Position numbers and translations under genes: made by a program. The notes under the pieces are model-generated. The model saw only the letters and a program-made list of their open reading frames with translations, searched no databases and was not told the origin of the DNA. A stretch of 64,000 bases of DNA from assembly GCA_028023455.1 (NCBI GenBank), contig JAQFVV010000002.1:33294001-33358000 (forward strand), given 5' to 3'. Of this stretch, positions 53,740-64,000 are shown one piece after another; position 1 is the stretch's first letter, and every line of letters begins with the position of its first letter. Source of the stretch: Epiperipatus broadwayi (Eukaryota; Animalia; Onychophora).

Positions 53740-54095
53740 CAATCTACTGTGATAATTCATAATGTTTGGAAATCACTTTTTAACTTTGCCCTTAATTAAG
53801 AAAATCAGAAAGATTCTTATATATAAGTAAATGAAATTTCTACTGACATCTTTTTGATAGAATACTCTAGTTCAGAAAGACCCTCATGGATATGTGTATA
53901 AAATTTCTACTAATTGTTTTTGATAGAATGTCGCCTTAAATTCAATTTCCATGCCAGTATTGTCATTGGTCAGGCCAGTAACGTCTGAGAAATAGAAAAG
54001 TAATACTATTTGAAACATTATGTTATATACTAACCTGTGTTATTATTAACAATTGAATATATGTCTGAATTTTTTTTAAAGACATTTAACAATTC
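53740..54095 (+). repeat. Unclassified dispersed repeat (family F), copy 2
   Basis: Similarity to 17780-18090. Confidence 0.6.
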
Positions 54096-54384
54096 AAATG
54101 CAATCATCACAAACTTTTAGACAAACATATGTCTTGAATAAATTATTTGTAATGATCATGCCACGAGTCACATGTTTATTCCATCAAGTGTTAGCACAAC
54201 ATGCTCAGAAAGAGATGATAGGAAAAGTAAGTACAAATAGGCTTGGTCACTTGAAAAGGAACCACATTCTATTAACAAAAAGGATTCACATGTTCCATTG
54301 TCCGAAAAATGGAATATCTAATTGCCTTATTTGCATATTGTGCCTCATTTACATATTATATCAGTTATATAAGTTTAACCACTA

Positions 54385-54560
54385 AACATCACATGATCAC
54401 TATCTCCTCACTGATGAAGGCCACAAGCCAGAAACTAGTCTGGGGATATTGGATGAGTAGGCATTAGATAGGGATTTTATGTACAAGCCTTCTGGCATTC
54501 ATTGATTGCTCTTGTTAGCACAAGATGGCACTACTATATGGAGAGTGTTGTTTTGTTTTG
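54385..54560 (+). mobile_element. Family A copy with short inverted 3' tip and consensus hammerhead (54405-54446)
   Basis: ACATCACATGATCACTATCTC joined via CTC to TCCTCA-CTGATGA-AGGC-CACAA-GCCA-GAAA-CTAG-TC-TGGGGA. Confidence 0.88.
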
Positions 54561-55639
54561 AATTGTTATATAAGTTTACCTGTATTGCATAACTTTATTC
54601 AGCACTGATTCTGGCAATGTTTTGCCGAAAGCTGGTTCAGTGCATTTAATTAATTTAGTTTATTAATTTATACGTTTTCATCTGAACTCTAAATTAGCGA
54701 GTGTTTTAGAATGAAATATAAAAGCTTTTAGTAAAATCAATCGCATATAAAATTGGTTATTATAAAATTCAGTGATTAAATATCTGCAGTTCTTTTATAT
54801 TTATGCTTGTAAATAATCTTGATTTTAATTTTATAAATAACAGAATATAAGTGAACGACCTTTAATATCGGTTGAAGATTTTTATTTATTTTAAGAAATT
54901 AATTGTTGGGAAAAACATTTGATTAACATTTGTTTTACCAACATGTCTCCATTTCTAGAATTTTCCAAAACTTGCATTAGTGTTTAATGACTATAGGCAA
55001 AGTTTAGCACAATTTTACATCCTACCATCTTTTTTTATTAATAAAATAAATATTGTATTATAACAGAAACAAAACATTAACAGGAATAAAATATAACAAA
55101 TCAGGAAATGAATGAAACAAGATTACATTTAGAAGCAGTTGCAATAAATTAAAATTAAGGGAACACTCGTAATTGTACAAGAAATAATACTCTTAACAGC
55201 TTTTCCAAGTTTTAAAGAAAAGATGGAGAGCACTGACTATTGGAAGTCATTTCAAATTGTTATAAAAACAGTTTTTATCGGGAAATGTTGCATAAGAAAT
55301 ATGATTTGTATATAATCGATATGATAATATAATGATCCGAATAGTGATCATCCTGAAATATAGAATGGTGTAGCATTTTTGATATTCTATACTTAAAACT
55401 TATATTCCTTCACATGCACTTCAAATGCTCGAATAAAAAAAAACATGAGCTAGCTAAATTATTTCTGGATGCATTTATGACTGAAGCAGGACAGAGTCTG
55501 TTCAATATTTATCAATATCAAATTACCACAATTTAATCTACAAGTGTCAAATATTTTGCTCTCACAATATTTGACAACATCCACTTTAGATAAATATATT
55601 GATGGATTACTAAACATTTATTTGGCTAGAGATTTTCAT

Positions 55640-56830
55640 ATCATATATATATTTTACAATTTTAATTAAAAAATATATCTAATTAAACACGTTTTAAAGC
55701 ATATCTAAGATATTACATAAGGGAAAAAAAGGGATACTCTGAGGCATCAAGTATTTTTATTTCCTTAATTCCTATTTTAGTTCACAAAATGCTTCTTGTA
55801 AAACTGCTGTAAAAAAGGTTTTGAGATATGGGATCACTCTATAATACATTCTTATCAGTGTTCATCTTCTTAGCATCATTATATAATCTAATCGCTGCTA
55901 TTGCATTTTTCATGATATGACTATGACACATTTAGATCTTGATTGACTGCTTTTACCATTGTGGAAATGATTACAGAATCAAATGGCAGCTCATATTCAT
56001 TAGTTTTTTTCTATAATTTCTATTTGGTTGCAGTCCACTGTACTAAAAACACTTCTTAATCCAATTCTGGGTTGGGGGGGGGTTTGAATCCACAGTAAGC
56101 TTTAGACAAGTTGTAATTATCTTGGTAAAGATTTTATATAGAACTGATAGATGATATAGATCTGTAATTTTATAAATCTCATTTTTCTTAGATATCAATA
56201 TTATCACCAAAAAAAAAAAATCAAATCAGGGATCACATGAAGTAATTTAATAAGCTTGTGTATATATAATATCAATATTATATATAATATCAATATTATT
56301 TCTGAATTCTTTCAATCATTTGGTACATCTTTATCCTTTAGAAATCTAGTATGTCAATTTGCCACTATTTTTTTTATTTTTTCATCTGCTTTTAAGATAT
56401 CAATAATATTTCCATCATTTCATGGAGTTTTTGCCTTCTTAGATTTAATTGCTGGACCCCCCCTGAGGTCATCTTTTTTCTTATTGTTGAAGTAACTTTT
56501 TGTCCAATATCTAGATGTTTATACTTTTTGAACTTATTCTCTTTTATATCTTTCCTTGCCAATTCACAGTTATAATGTCTATATCATTATTAATTTAGTT
56601 ATATCAATTTTACAGAACTTCAGAATTTGGTTCTTAATGGATAACTTTTAAGTACTTTCATATTCCCTTTTTTCTTCATTTATTTCTTTATTTCAGTTAA
56701 AAATTTATTGATTTGCTATATTTTTGTATTAGTTATTTTTGTTATTATTCTTAGTAAAGTATTAGTATACTATCTTATTACTAATTTCATTTAAATTTGA
56801 ACCATGTTCAAAGTCTGGTAATATAAAATG
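55640..56830 (-). mobile_element. Decayed RTE LINE remnant
   Basis: rc KAKTP.NDG..IDILKA...VPND.KNSEII and similarity to 3180-3450. Confidence 0.75.
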
Positions 56831-57029
56831 ATTAGCAAGGTGCAATGATGATAATGAGGCAAAGAATTAGTAAGATAGAGAGGAAAAGGTAAAGGATGTA
56901 GAAGGTTAGGAATATCAATAATTAATCCTAACATTTAATAATTTTTATCTCTAATTGCTTATTACCATGTATCTTATTTCTCACTAATTGATGATCATTT
57001 CTTCTGTTGAATCTTTTAGGAACTATTAC

Positions 57030-57245
57030 AATCACATGATCACCATTTCTTATGCTTGCTCATAACTACTAAAATTGGCAAAACTCTATACAGTAGTGCC
57101 ACTTAGTGCAAGCCAGAGTAATCAATGGATGTCAGAAGGCTTGTGCATAAAATCCCTATCTAGTGCCTACGCATCCAACATCCTCAGACTAATTTCTAAC
57201 TTGTGGCTTTCATCACTGAGGAGTTATGGATCTGAGAGCACTGCA
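57030..57245 (-). mobile_element. Family A, 5'-truncated simple copy, core mutated
   Basis: rc CCTCA-GTGATGA-AAGC-CACAA-GTTA-GAAA-TTAG-TC-TGAGGA. Confidence 0.85.
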
Positions 57246-59464
57246 GTAAATGATTGGATAAGATGTAAAAAAATTGGTAATATGTAAAAATTAAAAGAAT
57301 ATGGAGAGATCCTTCATAATGACTACAGAAAAGTAGTCGAAATGTAGAAAAGATGAAAATAATGTATTTTTGATGTATGTATATGGATTCATGTGAATAA
57401 ATAAAAGTTTTTAAAAAGAAAAAAGGATAATATTTTTATTGGATTTTATATATGAATGATAATAAAATACATAGAGAAGTAAATAAATTGAGGAAGAGCA
57501 AGGTATTATAATAAAATATATAGAATGTGTCTTTGAATTATGTCTATAAGATAATAATAGCGATTTACTTTGTAATTTATAATGCATTTGTGTATGAATG
57601 CATTATTAAAAAATAATAATAATATCTGTTTTATGAAGAAAAATTGAGGGAAAATAGAGAGATTAGTAAACCGTTTTTTTAAAAAGATCAATTTATGAAA
57701 AATAGGAAAGCTAGACTGCATAAAAGAATTTAGATAGATTGAATATCAGAAGTTTTGCTGATGGCAGGTTTGGAGGAACATATAAAATTGTTTCAGAAAT
57801 GTTAATTTTCTTATAAAAGTTTTAATTATTTTTAAAAATTATTTACAAAAGATTATTTTTATTTAATTATTTATGATTTGTATTAATTTCACTTTTACAC
57901 CTAAGTTTAAAAAATGAAAACTTTTTTTTAAAATTAAAGTTCTGCCCACATAAAGTTTTAAATGAAAGATAAGACAATTTTATTTTGTTAATTCAATTAC
58001 ATATTTTCAAAGGCTTGTGAATATTATCTCTGTTTTGTTCATATATATTCATTCAAAGCGGGATTTTTTTAAAAATTTATTTATTTATAGAAATAAAGCA
58101 CTTTGTATTTATGTATGTTACTAATTTGTAAGCTGTAAAATAAAGTATTTTTAATTATAAAAAGTAATTGATTATATATTTTTTATTTAATCAAACTTTT
58201 ATAATACTTAATAAAACTATATCATACAGAACATGAAATAATTTTTATAAAGAACGTATAGTTTATTTATTTATTTTTTTTTAAAGAATATATATTAAAT
58301 TTCTATTTTCAAAATGCATAAATAGCAGATAGAAGAGGAAGGAAAAAAGGTTTATTGGCTAGAGAAAACAATATTTAAATTCTGAAGGACATTCATTTAG
58401 GTTTAGAATGTGCATTTAATTTTATCCACTCCCAATCTTCCTACTTATTATAATTTTAAAAACTGTTATGATAAGATTTTTTTTTTTAGTCACTGTATGT
58501 AATATAATTCAGCTTAAATTGAAATTCAAATAAATAATGTAATAAACACTTTCAGACAATTACAACTAGAAAATAATTTATTAAATGCTAAAAGTAAATT
58601 GTTTTTTTTAAACCGTTTTTGTGATATTTTCATTTTTGCAAACTATTTCAAAATTATATGTAGATTGGTATGAAAAATGTAACTATTACTTTGGATAGTT
58701 TCAAAAAAAAAGGCAAAATAAACACAGAAATATAAAGATTTTTTTTAAGAAAGAAAGTTTGAGGATAATGTGAGGGAAGAAGGCTAGAAATAATTGGGGG
58801 TTTTTGAATTTTATTTTGACATTTATTATGGGAATTGTTTATTCACAAACTAAGAATTGAAAATGTCAAATTTTAATCTGAAAATTCAGTCTATATAATT
58901 TGAAAAATATGCAAATATTGTATATGATTTTTTTAAAAAAAATTAAGTTCATTTTCTTTTATGTTTTTTATTTTAAATTTAGTAATGCCCAGAAATAAAG
59001 CAGGTTTGCTTCATAAATATGCCTTGTTAAAAATTTAATTTTATTACTGAATTCAACCATGCATTAATTTTCTTTTTTGTTTTCAAGCTTTTTCAATTTT
59101 AAATACACTAACTCTGTTATGGCTTTTTTTTTAAAAAAATAAATGATTAACTGCTTAATAGCGAAATAGTCTTGTGTTTAAATATTGGTTTACATTATGG
59201 AAAAAGAAAGAAAAGAGAAAAATAATTCACAAAATAAATTTTTGCTGTTTTGTACTGTATGTAATTTATATGTATATATAAATATGGAGAATGCTAGAAT
59301 GTATTGGAATGTGTATTTGCTAAGTTCTTTTAATGTCTGGAGCTAGATCCAATGTTATGTATGGAAATAAATTGTTGGAAACATTTGCTATAACTTTTCT
59401 ACCTGATATATAGTGCTTTGATTTATTGTACAGGATTATGATAAGTCAAGATTTATCACATATT

Positions 59465-59643
59465 TATCACATGACCACCACTTCTTATGCTTGTGTATAA
59501 CTGTTGTTAAAACAGGCAAAACACACTATGCATATTGATGAGTAGGCACTAGATGGGGATTTTATGCACAAGCCGTCTGGCATTCATTGATTACTCTAGC
59601 TTGCTGTGTGTGGCAATACGTATAGTGAGTTTTGCCTGTTTTA
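59465..59643. mobile_element. Family A tail-out hairpin
   Basis: Inverted 3' end joined via TATTG (~59530) to forward 3' part; shares diagnostic GTGTGTGGCAATAC with 40248-40600. Confidence 0.88.
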
Positions 59644-62371
59644 AAATATTTAATTTTGGATTGGCTTAAAATAAATAGCAAAAGAGATGTAGAGAATTTC
59701 ATATTTGCGTCAAAATTATTTGACAGAAAAAAATTCATAAATTAGTGGTGTGTTTTTATATTTAGAATAGTTCCGTTTAACTTGAAAATTATTCTATTAA
59801 AAGCAGTATTATGTTTATGATCTGTAATTAATAAAATTCAAATTTATTTCACATAAATAATGTTTATAAAAACAGAATGAGAGACAGCAAGTGTGGAATC
59901 TTTTGCTTATAACCAAAAAAAATACACAGAAAATGCTCTCTGGTTTGGTGCAGTTGTAGCTATAGTGACAGATTTGAGGGATAAAAGTTCATCTTTGAAG
60001 CTCTATCTGTTATGTGTGTACTCAAATATTATTGTAGGGTGAAACTTTGTACTCATGGACAGTTCATTCTGTACTATTTTCAGATTTAGAATATGAATAA
60101 ACTTGTTGGTGAGTAAAATATTTATGAATCACTTTCTGATTAGGAAAATAAAGAAAAATTTCACTTTAGTCCTTTAAATGGAACTGGTCTGATTTTTTAG
60201 GGATCCAACCTCATAGGCAAATTTTATATGATAAAAGATAATGTTCAGTTTATCCTATTGAATAGAGCTACTATAATCTCCCTATTTAGTTTTCAAGCTT
60301 CACTTGTATCAGACAAAATACATATCGGCTGTTAATATATATTTCTATTATCTAAAACTTAAGAATTGCTATTTGTGTAGAATATTACATTGTGAAATTG
60401 CTGACCTCATTATATCAATAGTTTAATCACTATAGGAGCAATTTGTAATAATTAATATAAGTGCAAGAATTTTTTTAATTAAATAAGCTATCAGTCACAT
60501 TTCAGTAAATGTCCTTGTGTGCCTAGTAATAATTATTGTACCCACGATCCCTTTTTGTCTTGGTGGATGTTTATTCAAAGAAATCTTCAAAGGTATTCAT
60601 AATTAACCACAACCCTTTTTAACAATTTTTATGATGAAATTATCAGACTATAGCTTTTAGGATAACTAATGCATGAATTCTCTGAATATTTTTGAATATT
60701 CAAATACTACATTATGTTACTTTGAACTTTTTTTTAAATATCATTTTTGATTATTATTGATTCATTACTGGATACTCCAAGTTTAATTCAATTTTTATGA
60801 TCCATAGCTTTTCCTCTCCATGTTATTCCAGAAAACTTCCGTAATTCATCCATCTATCTCGCATATGATTTATTTCTAGGTCTTTTACAATCTCTTGATA
60901 CCCAGTTTAAAACATCTGCCCATCTATTGTTCTTTCTTCTAGCCATATATCTAGTCCAGTTGTATTTCAGTTTTTTAGTTCCTTCAATGTTGTCAGTATT
61001 GCTATTTGTTCTCTTACTCATGGATTTCACATTCAATTCTTGTTTGTTATTCCCATTATATATCCTTCCATATTTCATTGTGCATTCTGATGTCTGTATT
61101 GTTCTTCTGTTAAGTGTTCGAGTTTCGCATATATATATAAAAATTGACGAAACATTTTTTTTTCAATACTAAGTTACAATGTATTTTTATCAAACCACTA
61201 TCCAAGTTTAATGCTATGATTAATTTCATCCATTATGTTTCCATGCATTTTAATAATGTTAACTTACAAATTGTCGTGATTATCAATCTTTATTGTGTGA
61301 AAACAGCTGAACATTGTTTTAGTCTTATTTTTTTGCTTTCATCTGATAACTCTTGTAATATTTCCTGAAGCCCCGAAGCATTGTTTGTTAAAACAACAAC
61401 ATTATCTGCAAAATCTAGATGACTTAAATAATTTCCATGCCTTTTATTTTCTTAGCTTTCCATTGTAATCCACAAAATATTTCTCATAAAATTACTGTAA
61501 AAAAATTTTGAGATGCAGAATCATTCGACCATGTAATGTAATCACTGATATTACATTTTAATAAATATTTTTCAGAATATGACACTCTCATAGGTCTATA
61601 TCTTGATACTCCAAAGTTTTAATTTCTGTTGGAATGTTTGTAGAATCAAATACCTTTTCATTATCTACAAATCCAAAGTGTAATAGAGTTTATTCTCATT
61701 GATTCTTTCTATAATATATTTCAATTCTAAGATACAGCACTCTATTTAAATCTATTTGTGAATCCAAAATTAATTATTTGGTTGCATTAAGTCCAAAATT
61801 AACTATAGATGAATTGTAATTATCATGGTAAAGATTTTGTATGGAATCGATAGAAGAATAATAGGTCTATCTTCTCTATCACCTTTCTTAAATGTCAATA
61901 TTACAACTGCATTCTTTAATCATCTAAGATGCTGGACGTTTTGCCAATATTTTATCTATTTTTCCATCTTTTTTAAAGTTATCAATTATATCATTTTCTG
62001 CAGATTTTTCCTTCTTCAAGTTTCATTTCTTCATTTAAAATATTTGGGAATGTTAAATGTAGAAATTGTAGTGATTAATTTGTTGTTGTTTTTTGTTGTT
62101 GTTGTTGTTCTCTATTACTATATACTTATTTGTAGAATTCTTACTCACATTTTATTCCATCTCTCTTTTTAGTAATAGTTCAATATGTCTTCTTATTGGT
62201 GAAATAACTTTTCTTTCAATATTAAGATGCTGTTTTATACCTTTGAAACTTATTCTTTTCTATAGCTTTCCTTTCTTATTCACAATTATATTTTTTTATA
62301 TCGTAATTTTTTTTTTCATAGTATTTTGCAGAATTCCAGATAATTAATTCTTCTTAAGGTATATTTAAATA

Positions 62372-62610
62372 TTTACTTAATGAATAATATTTCTATTGTG
62401 TAATTTTCACTATACCATTCTTATGTAAGGTAAGGACTGGTTTCTATCCACTTTTAACACCTTGTGTAAACATTACCCCCTTATAGTGTAGTGTTAAATG
62501 CAGATAGAAACCAGTCTATCTTGTATGAGAGTGGTATAGTGAAAGTTATTCTACAGAAATATTATTCATTAAATGGATAATCTTTAGTCTAATAAATGAC
62601 TAATAAAAAT
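62372..62610. mobile_element. Family C tail-out palindrome nested in the RTE
   Basis: Arms 62372-62462 / 62491-62576; family also at 38020-38170 and 38365-38406 + 39257-39315. Confidence 0.85.
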
Positions 62611-62846
62611 ATTTGAATATTTTCTTATTCTTTTGTCTTATTTTAAAATTTATTGATGAATTACTGCGCTTTTTGTAATAACTATTTGTAACAGTTTTTC
62701 ATAAAATATTAGTTATCTTCATAATCATATCTGAACCATTTTCAAAATCTGATAATATTTTTAAATGATTCGCAAATTTTAATTTAAATGTGATTCTGAA
62801 ACTTAGAAATATCAATTGCTGATACTAGTTTTTTAAAAAAAAAAAA

Positions 62847-62961
62847 TTTTTTTTTTTTACATATGTCAAAGCATCAGTCAGGAAGTAAACCCGCGACAAC
62901 TGTCTGCAAGACACTGCTTGCAAGGTAGCTGCGCTGACATCTCAACTACCAACGCTTGACG
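62847..62961 (-). mobile_element. tRNA-derived SINE (family E), diverged copy nested in the RTE
   Basis: Shares CCTTGCAAGCA...TTGCAGA and ATGCT.TGACATATG-A tail with the 32340 and 34663 copies. Confidence 0.85.
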
Positions 62962-63804
62962 AAAAAAATGTTTTATCTCTAGTTATGCATTAATATGTAT
63001 CTTAATCTCATTAATCATTTTATTCCCATTGTTGAGTCTATTAAGAACAGTACATTCTTGAAATATATATTTTCTGTTAGTCAAAATATATTTCACTTCT
63101 GCAATATCTTCATTTGCATTTCATTTCCATCTAGAATATTTCTTAAAGAAGAAATTCATAATTCTCAGGTTTTCCCCCCTTTTTGTCTTTGCAAATTTCA
63201 TAAATCTGTGTTCTCTTTCATTTCTGCCTCCATAACGAAATATAGAGATTCCATCTTTTAATTGTTTTCGGAATTCTAGCATTAAAGTTTCCCAAAACAA
63301 TTATATAATGCTGTTTGCACTCATCAAAGGTATTTATTTATCTGTATAAAATCTCTACTTTTTTATTTCAATGAGAACTAGTCGGGGCACAAAGATGAAT
63401 TATCTGCATTTGCTATCTTTCATTGAATTGAATAAGTAATCTTGCCACTCTGTTAGATATCAACGCTCTCTACCATGTTCATCCATTTTATAATTTATAG
63501 TGAATCTTTTTTTTTATGCTTCAAATATTTGTGCTTTTGTAATTAAGAACATGTCGAGATCCATAAAGAGCAGATCTTATGATGCATCTCGATAGTAAAA
63601 GTTCAAATCTGGTGATAAGCAAAGTTTTAAAAAACATTTTTTATTTGAGACTTTATTTTTTAAAATGTTTCTATATAAACTATTCTTTGTTTTATATTTA
63701 ATTTTTTTCCCATATAGAAAGTGTTCTTTTTGTGTGTGTGTAATATTTTTAGTTTTTCTGCCTTTATTGCTTGAGAGATCATAAGAAATTCACATGCCGG
63801 AAGT

Positions 63805-63873
63805 ATCGGCATTGGAATTGATCATCGGACCTCGCATTCCGGAGTCGGACACTCTTCCACTGCGCTAAACCGC
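63805..63873 (-). mobile_element. tRNA-like SINE head or tRNA pseudogene (Arg-CCG-like loop)
   Basis: rc TAGCGCAGTGG A box, CT-CCG-GA loop, GATCAATTCC degenerate B box; anticodon and T stems broken. Confidence 0.55.
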
Positions 63874-64000
63874 ATAGGGCTTTATTGACATTTAAAATAA
63901 TTTAAAGTTTGTTTGCATAACTTGGTATGACATTACCCCCTCCCTCCCCCTATGCAAATCTTGTCTTTAAAACATTCATATAATGTATTTCCTACCTAAA

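Larger units (their letters stand above)
60780..63520 (-). mobile_element. Old, near full-length RTE LINE (APE endonuclease plus RT) with nested insertions
   Basis: rc APTSS, IVLGNFNARI, RNER, NFFFKK, RWKW (EN, ~63000-63480); YLSHLDFADNVVV-type RT (~61380-61430); KYNWTRYMARR C-terminus (~60950). Confidence 0.85.

Noticed and set aside
54575-54660. Minus-strand exon ending CAG|GTAAAC (KCTEPAFGKTLPESVLNKVMQY)
   Set aside because: In-frame stop just upstream and no usable acceptor
57941-57960. TGC CCA CAT AAA GT (CPHK|gt) as YY1 exon 3
   Set aside because: Upstream codons do not give RTIA/EDD and there is no acceptor; chance match
62480-62525. Hammerhead in family C (GAAA-CCAG-TC)
   Set aside because: No CTGANGA or stem II upstream in any copy; only the second half of the motif is present

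Overview
AT-rich metazoan (arthropod-like) nuclear DNA. The one confidently identified host gene is YY1/pleiohomeotic on +: coding exon 1 at 14704-15166 and exon 2 at 15738-15891 (REPO domain). I could not find the zinc-finger exons, so the rest of the window is probably a >48 kb intron 2. A tight cluster of YY1-binding motifs sits in the gene's own 5' end and intron 1. The remainder is mostly transposon debris: RTE LINEs (one young, with an open RT frame), two hAT remnants, Tc1/mariner-type elements, an LTR remnant, tRNA-derived SINEs, Penelope-like (PLE) RT and GIY-YIG remnants, and a probable decayed NUMT at the left edge. The most notable signal is a set of short repeat families, labelled here A, B, G and others. 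At least three (A, B, G) carry minimal type I hammerhead ribozyme motifs with palindromic stem III. They repeatedly occur as tail-out palindromes whose arms join through 3-5 nt microhomology; two such structures are bounded by target-site duplications. This fits a PLE/retrozyme-type system. All alignments, folds and translations were done by eye.
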